Shown: piece by piece, positions 20,245-29,933 of the stretch
Layout: the number at the start of each line of letters is the position of its first letter
Numbering within the stretch: position 1 is the stretch's first letter
Origin: Eubacteriales bacterium
GTDB taxonomy: Bacteria > Bacillota > Clostridia > Oscillospirales > Butyricicoccaceae
Direction of reading: 5' to 3'
DNA: 57,889 bases
NCBI GenBank assembly: GCA_030533295.1
Contig: JAUNJI010000002.1
Span: 7,395 to 65,283 of the forward strand
Made by a program: the position numbers and the translations under genes
The notes under the pieces: generated by a model
What the model was told of the DNA's origin: nothing
Seen by the model: the letters and a program-made list of their open reading frames with translations, nothing else
Databases searched by the model: none

Positions 20245-22878
20245 TTATGCCTTGCCCAGCTCCTTGACGCGCGCCTGCGCCGCTGCGAGGCGGGCGATCG
20301 GTACGCGGAACGGCGAGCAGGACACATAGTTCAGGCCGACCGCATGGCAGAACTCGACCGACGACGGATCGCCGCCGTGCTCACCGCAGATGCCCAGCTT
20401 GATGTTCGGGCGGGTGCTGCGGCCAGCCTCTGCCGCCGAGCGGACCAGCTTGCCCACGCCCTGCTGATCGAGGCGGGCGAACGGATCGGACTCGAGGATC
20501 TTCTTGTCGAAGTAGGTCTCGAGGATGCGGCCCACGTCGTCACGCGAGAAGCCGTAGGTCATCTGGGTCAGGTCGTTGGTGCCGAAGGAGAAGAACTCGG
20601 CCTCCTCGGCGATCATATCGGCCGTGACCGCTGCACGCGGGGTCTCGATCATCGTGCCGACCAGATACTGCATCGGCAGGCCGGAGGCCTCGATCAGCGC
20701 GTCCGCCTTGGCCTTGATGACCTGCTTGACGAAGCGCAGCTCGTTGATCTCGGAGACCAGCGGCACCATGATCTCGGGCGTGATCTCGATCCCGTCTTGC
20801 TTCCAGACGTTGATCGCCGCCGAGATGATCGCCTCGGTCTGCATCTCCGCGATCTCGGGATACAGTACGTCCAGACGGCAGCCGCGGGTGCCCAGCATCG
20901 GGTTGAACTCGTGCAGATCGTCTACCTTGCTCTTGAGCTTGTCGAAGGTGATGCCCATCTCGTCGGCCAGCTCCTTGATGTCGTCATCCTCCTGCGGCAG
21001 GAACTCATGCAGCGGGGGATCGAGCAGGCGGATGGTCACCGGCAGGCCGCCCATCGCGCGGTAGATGCCCTCGAAGTCGCCGCGCTGCATGGGCAGGATC
21101 TTGGCGAGCGCCGCACGGCGCTGCTCGACCGTGTCGGACACGATCATCTCACGCACGGCCTTGATGCGCTCGGTCTCGAAGAACATATGCTCGGTGCGGC
21201 AAAGGCCGATGCCCTCTGCGCCGAACTTGCGCGCCTGCACCGCGTCGCGCGGGGTGTCGCCGTTGGTGCGCACCTTGAGCGTGCGGATCTCGTCCGCCCA
21301 GCCCATGAAGCGGCCGAAGTCGCCGGTCAGCTCGGCGTCCTGCGTCGCGATCTCGCCCAGATAGATGTTGCCGGTCGAGCCGTCGAGCGAGATCGCCTCG
21401 CCCTCCTTGACGACCGTGCCGTCGGCGAAGGTCAGGGTCTTATCCTCCTCGGATACCTTGACGCCGCTGGCGCCCGCCACGCAGCAGGTGCCCATGCCGC
21501 GGGCGACGACCGCCGCGTGCGAGGTCATGCCGCCGCGCGCCGTCATGACGCCCTCGGCGACCGCCATGCCGTCGATGTCCTCCGGCGAGGTCTCCTGCCG
21601 GACGAGCACGACCTTCTGGCCGTTCTTATGCGCAGCCGCCGCATCCTCTGCGGTGAAGTAGACCGCGCCGCACGCCGCGCCGGGCGAAGCCGGCAGGCCG
21701 GTCGCGATCGGGGTCGCCGCCTTGAGCGCCGCCGGGACGAACGTCGGGTGCAGCAGCGAATCGAGCTGCTTGGGCTCGACCTTCATGATCGCCTGCTCCT
21801 TGGTGCACACGCCCTCATCGACCAGATCGACCGCGACCTTGATCGCCGCCTGCGCGGTGCGCTTGCCGTTACGGGTCTGGAGCATATAGAGCTTGGCGTT
21901 CTCGATCGTGAACTCCATATCCTGCATATCGCCGTAGTGCTGCTCCAGACGGCTGGAAATATCGACGAACTGCTGATAGACCTCGGGCATGGTATCGGCC
22001 AGCGCCGAGATCGGCTGCGGGGTGCGGATGCCCGCGACGACGTCCTCGCCCTGCGCGTTCATCAGGAACTCGCCGTACAGCTTCTTTTCGCCCGTCGCCG
22101 GGTCACGGGTGAAGGCCACGCCGGTGCCCGAGGTGTCGCCCATGTTGCCGAACACCATCGACTGGACGTTGACCGCCGTGCCCCACGAATGCGGGATGTC
22201 GTTCATGCGGCGGTAGGTATTGGCACGCGGATTGTCCCACGAGCGGAACACCGCGCGGACAGCCTCCATCAGCTGCTTCTTGGGGTCCTGCGGGAACTCC
22301 TCGCCGAGCGACTTCTGGTAGTGCGCCTTGAACAGCTCGATCAGCTCGGACATATCCTCTGCGTCGAGCTCGTTGTCCATCTTGACGCCCTTTTTCTCCT
22401 TGACCTGATCGATGAACACCTCGAAGGTGGACTTGGGCAGCTCCATGACGACATCCGAGAACATCTGGATGAAGCGGCGGTAGGAGTCGCGCGCGAAACG
22501 CGGGTTGTCGGTCAGCTTGGCGACCGCATCGCAGATCGTGTCGTTCATGCCGAGGTTGAGGATGGTGTCCATCATGCCGGGCATGGAGGCACGCGCGCCC
22601 GAGCGCACGGATACCAGCAGCGGCTTATTCGGGTCGCCGAGCGTCTTGCCCGTGACCTGCTGCAATTTATCCAGATACTCGAGGATCTGCTCCTGGATCT
22701 CCGGATGGATCGTCTTGCCGTCCTCATAGTAGCGGGTGCAGGCCTCGGTGGTGATCGTGAAGCCCTGCGGCACCGGCATACCCAGCACGGTCATCTCCGC
22801 CAGGTTCGCGCCCTTGCCGCCGAGCAGCTCACGCATCGACCCGTTGCCCTCCGGGAACATATAAACGTACTTCTTCAT
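20245..22878 (-). CDS. ppdK: Pyruvate, phosphate dikinase
   Basis: LLGGKGANLAEM, SVRSGARASMPGMMDT, GGMTSHAAVVARG, GICGEHGG. Confidence 0.98.
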   Translation of the reverse strand: MKKYVYMFPEGNGSMRELLGGKGANLAEMTVLGMPVPQGFTITTEACTRYYEDGKTIHPEIQEQILEYLDKLQQVTGKTLGDPNKPLLVSVRSGARASMPGMMDTILNLGMNDTICDAVAKLTDNPRFARDSYRRFIQMFSDVVMELPKSTFEVFIDQVKEKKGVKMDNELDAEDMSELIELFKAHYQKSLGEEFPQDPKKQLMEAVRAVFRSWDNPRANTYRRMNDIPHSWGTAVNVQSMVFGNMGDTSGTGVAFTRDPATGEKKLYGEFLMNAQGEDVVAGIRTPQPISALADTMPEVYQQFVDISSRLEQHYGDMQDMEFTIENAKLYMLQTRNGKRTAQAAIKVAVDLVDEGVCTKEQAIMKVEPKQLDSLLHPTFVPAALKAATPIATGLPASPGAACGAVYFTAEDAAAAHKNGQKVVLVRQETSPEDIDGMAVAEGVMTARGGMTSHAAVVARGMGTCCVAGASGVKVSEEDKTLTFADGTVVKEGEAISLDGSTGNIYLGEIATQDAELTGDFGRFMGWADEIRTLKVRTNGDTPRDAVQARKFGAEGIGLCRTEHMFFETERIKAVREMIVSDTVEQRRAALAKILPMQRGDFEGIYRAMGGLPVTIRLLDPPLHEFLPQEDDDIKELADEMGITFDKLKSKVDDLHEFNPMLGTRGCRLDVLYPEIAEMQTEAIISAAINVWKQDGIEITPEIMVPLVSEINELRFVKQVIKAKADALIEASGLPMQYLVGTMIETPRAAVTADMIAEEAEFFSFGTNDLTQMTYGFSRDDVGRILETYFDKKILESDPFARLDQQGVGKLVRSAAEAGRSTRPNIKLGICGEHGGDPSSVEFCHAVGLNYVSCSPFRVPIARLAAAQARVKELGKA

Positions 22879-23061
22879 TTTCGCTCTTTTCCTCCAATCA
22901 TTCTTTACTTTCTCTTCAACACTCACTTCTATCACACGTAAGTTATTATAGCACGCAGTATACACGCGATTCCATTGTGGGATCTCACCGATTTATTAAC
23001 ATCCTATTGTGCATTTTGCCAGAATATACTCCCGTCTGCACAACTCTTGTTTATATTTCTT

Positions 23062-24732
23062 TCACATTTTGCCCATATTTGACCAGCTGTTTACCGAACG
23101 ACCCGCTGCGCCGGGGCGCTGTCGCGAAAAAAGACCGGCGGCCGTGGGCAGGCCGCCGATCGTGCGGGCGCTCGTGCCGGACACCGATATGGCCAGCGCA
23201 GGCGTTCCCTGATAGGTCGTTTCCGAGAGCTTGACGGCATACAGATAGCCCGCCGACGAGGTGAACTTGCCGCCGGAGAACTGATAAAAGGTATGCGCGT
23301 TGAGCGCAGCATAGTACTGCTGCTGTGCGTCCGGCGGCAGGTCGGCCTGCCGGTAATAGAAGCAGGTCGTGCCGCGGTCGCGCTCCGAGCCGAGCAGCGG
23401 CACGCCGAGCAGCACGCCGAAGTCGGGCACCGGGTACATCCGGTCGTAGCAGAGGGCGGCATCCGGCCGGTGGGCGTGGGCGTAGTCGGCCGGGCTGACC
23501 GCCACGGCCGCGCTCATGCGGTCGAGCACGTCGATGGGCACGGTATAGGACGGGCTGCCGCCGCTATAACTGCTGACCGTCACCCCGAGCAGCTCGCCCT
23601 GCCCGTCGAGCAGCGCACCGCCCGAGTTGCCGCTGATGATGGACGCCGTGCTCTCGATCAGCGGGACACCGTATTCCGCGAGGCTGGTATCCGCCGGATC
23701 GAGCACGCGCCCCTCGGTGACACGCGCCGCACCGCCGCCGGGATAGCCCAGCGCGAACACGACATCGTCCACCTGCGGCGCGGCCGCCCGCTCGAGATAG
23801 GGCAAACGGCTGCCGACCACGCGGATATGCGCGATGTCGGCGCTCGTGTCCAGCTCATAGACGCTGACCTCGCGCTTGACACCGTCCGCCATCTCGGCGA
23901 CCAGCCGGTACACGCCGTTGACCAGATGGCCGCAGGTGACGGCGTCTCCATCCGGGCTGAGCACCACGCCGCTGCCCTTGCCTTGCAGCCGCCCGGCGCT
24001 GTCATAGGCATACAGCTTGAACACGGCGGGCAGACAGCGGGCGTAGATCTCGTCAGCGGTCAGCGCGGGCTGGGCAGGCAGCGCGACCGACCGCCGCAGA
24101 CCGGGATCGGCCATGCGGGTGACGATCGCGGCGGCCTCGCTGCGCTTGATCGTGTCGTGCGGTAAGAACCGGCCATCGCCCACGCCGGTCAGCACGCCCG
24201 CGCGATACAGCAGATAGACCGGCGGCGCATAGGACGCTGTCGCGGCGACATCGGGGATCGCGCCCTCGGGCACGGTGTTGATCGCGGGGAGCGCCTGCGC
24301 GGGCAGCGCGGCCGCCAGCACGCTCGCGAACACGGCGCGCGTGGCCGGTGCGGTGTAGTCCGACCGCGGGGCGGCGAGGATGCCGCTTTGCAGCGCCTGC
24401 TCGACGTAGCTCTGATACCACGGCTGCGACCGGGCGACCGTCACCTGTCCGGTGTGGTAGATCTGGTGCAGGCAGACCGCCAGCTTGACCGCCTCGGCGA
24501 CCTTGAGCGGCGCGTCGGGCGTGAAGGTCGTCGCAGATGTGCCATCGATCAGCCCATACTCATAGGCGGCACGCACATTGGGGGCATACCAAGCGTCCTC
24601 GGGCACATCGGTGAACTGCCCCGGCGCATAGCTGGCCTGTGGGACGAAATATTCATAGCCTGCCAGCGCAGACGGCATCGCGCCGAGCGCGAGCAGCGCC
24701 GCCAGCAGCAGGCTGCATAGTCGTTTTTTCAC
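23062..24732 (-). CDS. Secreted SLH-domain trypsin-like serine protease
   Basis: GTG start with GGAGGG; signal peptide; SLH repeats (FTDVPEDAWYA, TIKRSEAAAIVTR); catalytic triad TCGH / ADIA / GNSGG. Confidence 0.85.
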   Translation of the reverse strand: MKKRLCSLLLAALLALGAMPSALAGYEYFVPQASYAPGQFTDVPEDAWYAPNVRAAYEYGLIDGTSATTFTPDAPLKVAEAVKLAVCLHQIYHTGQVTVARSQPWYQSYVEQALQSGILAAPRSDYTAPATRAVFASVLAAALPAQALPAINTVPEGAIPDVAATASYAPPVYLLYRAGVLTGVGDGRFLPHDTIKRSEAAAIVTRMADPGLRRSVALPAQPALTADEIYARCLPAVFKLYAYDSAGRLQGKGSGVVLSPDGDAVTCGHLVNGVYRLVAEMADGVKREVSVYELDTSADIAHIRVVGSRLPYLERAAAPQVDDVVFALGYPGGGAARVTEGRVLDPADTSLAEYGVPLIESTASIISGNSGGALLDGQGELLGVTVSSYSGGSPSYTVPIDVLDRMSAAVAVSPADYAHAHRPDAALCYDRMYPVPDFGVLLGVPLLGSERDRGTTCFYYRQADLPPDAQQQYYAALNAHTFYQFSGGKFTSSAGYLYAVKLSETTYQGTPALAISVSGTSARTIGGLPTAAGLFSRQRPGAAGRSVNSWSNMGKM

Positions 24733-24829
24733 AGCTCGATCCCTCCGATCGCGTCGCGCACAGCGGACGGGCGCGCCGACCGCGCCCGACCGCCATGCGT
24801 CTGTTCCCTCGCGCCGTGTGCGCCCACGC

Positions 24830-25330
24830 TCATCCCTGATAGGCGGCCACGATCTCACCGATGTACATGGTGTGATAGTCGCCGTCGGCGTACCACTTGT
24901 CGCAGACCTCGCTGTCCATATCGGACAGCGCGATGTCGGTCACGCCGCGCTTGCGGCAGACCAGCACCAGCGCGGCCTCCTCGAAGGTCGGCTGGCCCTC
25001 GACGAACACCGGGGTCAGGCCGCTCTCGTGCATCTTGTCGATCTCGCGGCCGGACTTGCTGCCCAGCAGACCGAGCGCGTCGCGGTGACCGTCCTTCAGG
25101 AAGGTGAGCGTGAAATACGCCGCGTCATCGACGAACGCCTTGGTGTAGCGGCTCTGGCGGATGTAGCAGGTCGCGGCGGGCTTGCCCCACATCACGCCGA
25201 TCCCGCCCCAGCCAGCGGTCATGGTGTTCCACTTTTCCTCTGTGCCGGCGGAGACCAGCATCCACTGCTGGCCGATCAGGTCGAACGGGCGCAGCGGCTG
25301 GGTCGTGATGTCGATCTTGGTCAAAGACAT
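24830..25330 (-). CDS. Flavin reductase-like (flavoredoxin-type) protein
   Basis: WMLVSAG, NTMTAGWGG, SRYT, GSKSGR, DYHTMYIGEI. Confidence 0.85.
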   Translation of the reverse strand: MSLTKIDITTQPLRPFDLIGQQWMLVSAGTEEKWNTMTAGWGGIGVMWGKPAATCYIRQSRYTKAFVDDAAYFTLTFLKDGHRDALGLLGSKSGREIDKMHESGLTPVFVEGQPTFEEAALVLVCRKRGVTDIALSDMDSEVCDKWYADGDYHTMYIGEIVAAYQG

Positions 25331-25486
25331 ATAGATTACCTCCAAACGATATGCGGTGCCGGTCGTGCGGCGGCCTCGTCCTGCGGCAGCCGTCCCACGG
25401 CAGCGGCACGCTCTGATGATAGGATATGCTCTCTATTATACAACAGATCGCGCGAAATGCAAAGGGGGCATGGGCGCGAACGGCGC

Positions 25487-26722
25487 TCAAAGGCTGCTGA
25501 GCAGCTGCGCGCCCATCCGCTCGACGAGCGGCACGACGAGCGCGTTGCCCATGATGAAATACCGCTGGCGCTCGGGCATCCCGGTATCCGTCCAGCCGGG
25601 CGGGAAGCCGTTGATCTGCTCACATTCCTCGGGCGTCAGGCGGCGCAGGCGGCCGGTCTGCCGGTCGCAGATGATATGCGTGCTGCGGTTGGTCGTGCCC
25701 TCGCTCGTCAGCATGGTGCGCGCCGGGCGGTCGAGCGGATCGGGAAAGGCGATCGTCCCCTCGACGAAGCGATAGGCGAAGCCCTGCTTGGACACGCGCT
25801 CGATCCGCTTGGCGCCCTTGAGATAGACCCACTTTTCGCGCTGGTCGTCCGGGATGAAATACCGGTCGGGCACCGGCGCATCGGTCACGACATCGCCCAG
25901 CAGCCCGCAGCGGCCGGTATAGGCCGGGCGCAGCTCGGCCGAATAGACGCGCCCCCCGTGCATCACGCCCGCGTTGCGGAACGCGGCCTGAAAGTCGTTC
26001 GTCACCGCGACCAGATCGGCATAGCCGCCCAGATCGACCGTGGTCGGCTTTTTCTTGCCGTCCGGCTGCGCATCGACCGGGAACGCCTGCGCGAAAAAGC
26101 CCTGCTGCGCGATCCACGGCAGCGCACCGTCCGCCGACAGCGCCTGCGCCGCCCGTCCATACTGCGCGGTCGTGTCGCGATAGGCGAAAATGAAGGTGCG
26201 GCGGCGGCGCTGGACGTTGCCGTAGTCCGCGGCGTTGATGACGCGCCACTCGACGCCGTAGCCCCTGTCGTGCAGGCATTTGAGGATGATGCCGAAATCC
26301 CGCCCCCGCTGCTTGGCGGGCGATTTGAGCAGGCGATCGACGTTCTCGAGCAGCACATAGCTGGGGCGGCGCTTTTGGATGATCGCGTCGATCGACCACC
26401 ACAGCACGCCCTTTTTGCCCTCGATGCCCTTCGCGCCCGTGCTGGCCACCGAGTAATCCTGACAGGGAAAGCCGCCGACCAGCAGGTCGTGCGCGGGCAC
26501 GTCGTCGATCACGGTCGCGATGTCGGTATTGACGCAGTTGGCCTGTGCGCCGAACTGCTTGGTGTAGCACTGATACGCCCACTGGCCGCGCTGGCCGGGC
26601 TCCCACTGGTTCGCCCAGACCGTGCGGAACGCCGCCTTGGAGCAGCGCTCGAGCCCCACGCGAAACCCGCCGACCCCGGCGAAGAGCTCGACCACCCGTA
26701 TCGTTTTTGTCGCATCCGCCAC
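25487..26722 (-). CDS. dcm: DNA (cytosine-5) methyltransferase, M.Sau3AI-like (probable GATC target)
   Basis: ELFAGVGGF, GGFPCQDYS, ENVDRLLKSP, QRRRR, GNALVV. WANQWEP and PARTMLTSE...NRSTH match my recollection of M.Sau3AI; specificity is inferred. Confidence 0.93.
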   Translation of the reverse strand: MADATKTIRVVELFAGVGGFRVGLERCSKAAFRTVWANQWEPGQRGQWAYQCYTKQFGAQANCVNTDIATVIDDVPAHDLLVGGFPCQDYSVASTGAKGIEGKKGVLWWSIDAIIQKRRPSYVLLENVDRLLKSPAKQRGRDFGIILKCLHDRGYGVEWRVINAADYGNVQRRRRTFIFAYRDTTAQYGRAAQALSADGALPWIAQQGFFAQAFPVDAQPDGKKKPTTVDLGGYADLVAVTNDFQAAFRNAGVMHGGRVYSAELRPAYTGRCGLLGDVVTDAPVPDRYFIPDDQREKWVYLKGAKRIERVSKQGFAYRFVEGTIAFPDPLDRPARTMLTSEGTTNRSTHIICDRQTGRLRRLTPEECEQINGFPPGWTDTGMPERQRYFIMGNALVVPLVERMGAQLLSSL

Positions 26723-26742
26723 TTTCGCAGCCCCTCTCTGTT

Positions 26743-26790
26743 TGATATAATGGCAGTAACGATTATAGCACGATCGGGGCGAAAGATCAA
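26743..26790. promoter_or_regulatory. Overlapping divergent promoters for dcm (-) and vsr (+)
   Basis: Minus strand: TTGATC-17-TATAAT with extended TG (26790-26762). Plus strand: TGaTATAAT extended -10 (26743-26751). Confidence 0.65.
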
Positions 26791-26828
26791 GCACTTTTTC
26801 CGCCCGCGCCCCGCTGCACAGGACTGAT

Positions 26829-27311
26829 ATGATGAAGCACCCCCATTCCTACGATTCGACGCCCGCGACGCGGCGGCGGATGTCCCGCGTGCGTCTCAAG
26901 CGCGGCAAGGCCGAGACCGCGCTCGCCAAAGCGCTCTGGCGGCAGGGCTACCGCTACCGGCTCAACGACAAAAAGCTGCCCGGCTCGCCCGACATCGCGC
27001 TGACCAAGTACCGGATCGCCATTTTCGTCGATGGCGCGTTTTGGCATGGGTATGGCTGGATACACCGCCGCGAACGGCTCAAGGCCAACCGCGCCTACTG
27101 GCTGGAAAAGATCGAGGAGAACATCGCCCGCGACGAGCGCAACGACCGTCTGCTCGGCAACGCGGGCTGGATCGTGCTGCATTTTTGGGAACAGGAGGTG
27201 CTGCGCGATCTGGAGGGCTGCGTCGAGGCCGTGCAGGACTGCGTGATCGAGGCGATCTGCCGCCGGGGCGACGACACCGACGAGCAGCCGTTCGACTGGA
27301 CGGAGGGATAA
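26829..27311 (+). CDS. vsr: Very short patch repair endonuclease
   Basis: RRRMSRVR, LPGSPDIAL, IFVDGAFWHG, YWLEKIEENIARDER, GWIVLHFWE. Confidence 0.93.
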   Translation: MMKHPHSYDSTPATRRRMSRVRLKRGKAETALAKALWRQGYRYRLNDKKLPGSPDIALTKYRIAIFVDGAFWHGYGWIHRRERLKANRAYWLEKIEENIARDERNDRLLGNAGWIVLHFWEQEVLRDLEGCVEAVQDCVIEAICRRGDDTDEQPFDWTEG

Positions 27312-27349
27312 AAAAAGCGCCGCTGTCTGCTCTTGCAGACAGCGGCGCT
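27310..27349. terminator. Terminator between convergent vsr and ftsK
   Basis: AAAAAAAGCGCCGCTGTCTGC-tctt-GCAGACAGCGGCGCT. Confidence 0.75.
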
Positions 27350-27376
27350 CGCCGTTTGGCGGCCGTTTTTCCGATC

Positions 27377-29926
27377 TCAACCGAGCGGATCGTGCCGCCG
27401 GAGCTTCATCTCCTGCCACTCCTCGCGGGAGATCAGGATCTGGCGCGGCTTGGAGCCCTCGAAGGGGCCGATGATGCCGCGCTGCTCGATCTGGTCGATG
27501 ATCCGCGCGGCGCGGGCATAGCCCAGCTTGAGGCGGCGTTGCAGCATCGAGGTGGACGCCTGTCGGCTGTCCATGATGACATCGATCGCCTCCTCGATCA
27601 TCTCGTCCTCGTCGCCGTCCGCGTCGCCGGACGCGCCGCCCTTGCCGTCGGCCTGCTCGGCCTGACGCTCGATGTGCTCGAGGATCTCCTCGTTGTATTC
27701 CGCCGTGCTGGTCTGCTTGATGTGCCCGATCACGGCCTCGATCTCGTCCGACGAGATGAAGCAGCCCTGCACCCGGGTGGGTTTGCCCTCGCCCAGCGGG
27801 GCATAGAGCATATCGCCCTTGCCGATCAGCTTTTCCGCGCCCGTCGTGTCCAAAATGATGCGGGACTCGATCTGGCTGGCCACCGCGAACGCGATGCGCG
27901 ACGGGATGTTGGCCTTCATGATGCCGGTGATGACATCGGCCGAGGGGCGCTGGGTCGCCACGACCAGGTGCATCCCGGCGGCACGCGCCTTTTGCGCGAT
28001 GCGGCAGATCGCGGTCTCGACCTCCTTGGCGGCGACCATCATCAGGTCGGCCAGCTCGTCGATCACGATCACGATCTGCGGCAGCACCTGATAGGGGTCG
28101 GGCGCGCCCTCCTCGAGCGGCTCGGCCTTGGCCTTTTCGGCGCGCATCAGGTCGTTATAGCCGACCAGATTGCGCACCTGATGGTCGGCGAACAGCTTGT
28201 AGCGCCGCTCCATTTCGCCCACCGCCCAGTTGAGCGCACCGGCCGCCTTTTTGGGGTCGGTCACGACCGGGATCAGCAGGTGCGGGATGCCGTTGTAGTT
28301 GCCCAGCTCGACCATCTTGGGATCGACCATGATCAGCCGGACTTCCTCAGGCGTGGATTTATAGAGCAGCGAGATCAGCATCGAGTTGATGCAGACCGAT
28401 TTGCCCGAGCCGGTCGTGCCGGCGATCAGCATATGCGGCATCTTGGCGATGTCGCCGATGACCGGCTTGCCGGTGATGTCCTTGCCCACGGCGAAGGACA
28501 GGCGGCTGCGGGCGCTCGAAAAGGACGGCGCACCGATGCACTCGCGGATGTAGACCGTGTTGACCACCTTGTTCGGCACCTCGATGCCGACCGCGACCTT
28601 GTCCGGGATCGGCGCGATGCGCACATTGGACGCGCCCAGCGACAGCGCGATGTCGTCCGACAGCGCGGTGACGCGCGAGAGCTTGATCCCGCGCGGGATG
28701 GTCATCTCGAAGCGCGTGACCGACGGGCCGCGCACGATGCCGATGATCTGCGCATCGATATTGAACGACTGGAGCGTATCGACCAGACAGGCCGAGTTTT
28801 CGCGCAGCTCGCTCTCCGCGCCGCGCGCCGAGACCGGCTTGCCCTGCTCGAGCAGGTCGATCGGCGGATAGTCATAGGCGGCCAGCGGCGCCTTTTGGCT
28901 CTCGTCCATCTGGCCGTTGAGCACGGTCTGCTCGTCCGCGCTCATCTTTTGCGGCGGCTCCGGCTTGGCGGGCTTGGTCTCGGCCAGCACGACCGGCGGC
29001 GCGGCCTGCTCGGGCGTCTCGTCCATCAGATCGACGATGTGCACGCCCTCGTTCGTCGTCTCGGCCTTGAGCGCGCGCAGATATTCATCGGGCGCGATCG
29101 GCTTGCTGCCCTGCGGGCGGAGGGGCGGCGCGTTCGGGTCGCGCCCGGGCTTGTCCTCGCCCGGCGGCTCGGTGTCCAGCGGGATGTCGAAATCCCGCTT
29201 GCGCCGGGCGCTGCGCCGCTCCTCGCGCTTTTGGGCGAAGGAGGCGGCCGCCTCGTAGACATTGGGCAGGCGGGGCGGCGCTTCATAGCGCTCGCGCTCC
29301 TCCTCGTCCTCGTATTCGTATGCCGGGGCGCGGAACATCTCCACCAGCGCCTGCGGCGTGACATGGCAGGCCGCCAGCAGCGCGGCCACCGCCGCCAGCA
29401 GCAGCACCAGCAGCGCCCCGACCGACGACAGCGCCCATTCGAGCACCACATACAGCCCGCCGGACAGCAGGCCGCCCGACCGCCCCTCCGTCCCGGTGCG
29501 CACCAGCGCGAGCAGCGTTTTCATCGAAAAGGTGTATTCGTTCGGACAGGTGAAGGCGTGGACGATGCTGCCCAGCAGCACGGGCAGCAGCCCGATGCAG
29601 CTGCCCCGCAGGCGCACCGGCCCCTTGGGACGCGCGAACAGCAGCCCGGACAGCGCCAGCAGGGCGAACGGCAGCACATAGCCGCCCCGCCCGATCATCG
29701 CCGACACGCCGCGGTCGAGCCAGCGGAGCAGCGCCCCGTCGATCGGCAGGATCGCCATCAGGCACAGCAGCCCGATCGCGCCCCAGACCACGCCCCAGCC
29801 CCCGCGGGAGAGCAGCGCCTCGTCCTCCGGCGCGCGCTGCACCTGCTTGCTGCGCGACGTGGTCTTTTTGGTCGTATTTTTCCTTGCAGACAACGTGTTT
29901 TGACCTCGTTTCTTTTGTTGCGTCAT
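27377..29926 (-). CDS. ftsK: DNA translocase FtsK/SpoIIIE
   Basis: N-terminal TM region, HMLIAGTTGSGKS, DPKMVEL, ATQRPS, gamma domain LQRRLKLGYARAAR. Confidence 0.96.
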   Translation of the reverse strand: MTQQKKRGQNTLSARKNTTKKTTSRSKQVQRAPEDEALLSRGGWGVVWGAIGLLCLMAILPIDGALLRWLDRGVSAMIGRGGYVLPFALLALSGLLFARPKGPVRLRGSCIGLLPVLLGSIVHAFTCPNEYTFSMKTLLALVRTGTEGRSGGLLSGGLYVVLEWALSSVGALLVLLLAAVAALLAACHVTPQALVEMFRAPAYEYEDEEERERYEAPPRLPNVYEAAASFAQKREERRSARRKRDFDIPLDTEPPGEDKPGRDPNAPPLRPQGSKPIAPDEYLRALKAETTNEGVHIVDLMDETPEQAAPPVVLAETKPAKPEPPQKMSADEQTVLNGQMDESQKAPLAAYDYPPIDLLEQGKPVSARGAESELRENSACLVDTLQSFNIDAQIIGIVRGPSVTRFEMTIPRGIKLSRVTALSDDIALSLGASNVRIAPIPDKVAVGIEVPNKVVNTVYIRECIGAPSFSSARSRLSFAVGKDITGKPVIGDIAKMPHMLIAGTTGSGKSVCINSMLISLLYKSTPEEVRLIMVDPKMVELGNYNGIPHLLIPVVTDPKKAAGALNWAVGEMERRYKLFADHQVRNLVGYNDLMRAEKAKAEPLEEGAPDPYQVLPQIVIVIDELADLMMVAAKEVETAICRIAQKARAAGMHLVVATQRPSADVITGIMKANIPSRIAFAVASQIESRIILDTTGAEKLIGKGDMLYAPLGEGKPTRVQGCFISSDEIEAVIGHIKQTSTAEYNEEILEHIERQAEQADGKGGASGDADGDEDEMIEEAIDVIMDSRQASTSMLQRRLKLGYARAARIIDQIEQRGIIGPFEGSKPRQILISREEWQEMKLRRHDPLG

Positions 29927-29933
29927 GCGTCGA

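Noticed and set aside
20068-22941. Very long antisense ORFs (957 aa opposite ppdK; also 27041-29965, 35003-37117, 280-1599 and others)
   Set aside because: Shadow frames produced by high GC3 codon bias opposite well-recognised genes; no motifs or SD sites.
25487-27311. Complete type II restriction-modification system
   Set aside because: No endonuclease gene is adjacent; the neighbours are a flavin reductase and ftsK.
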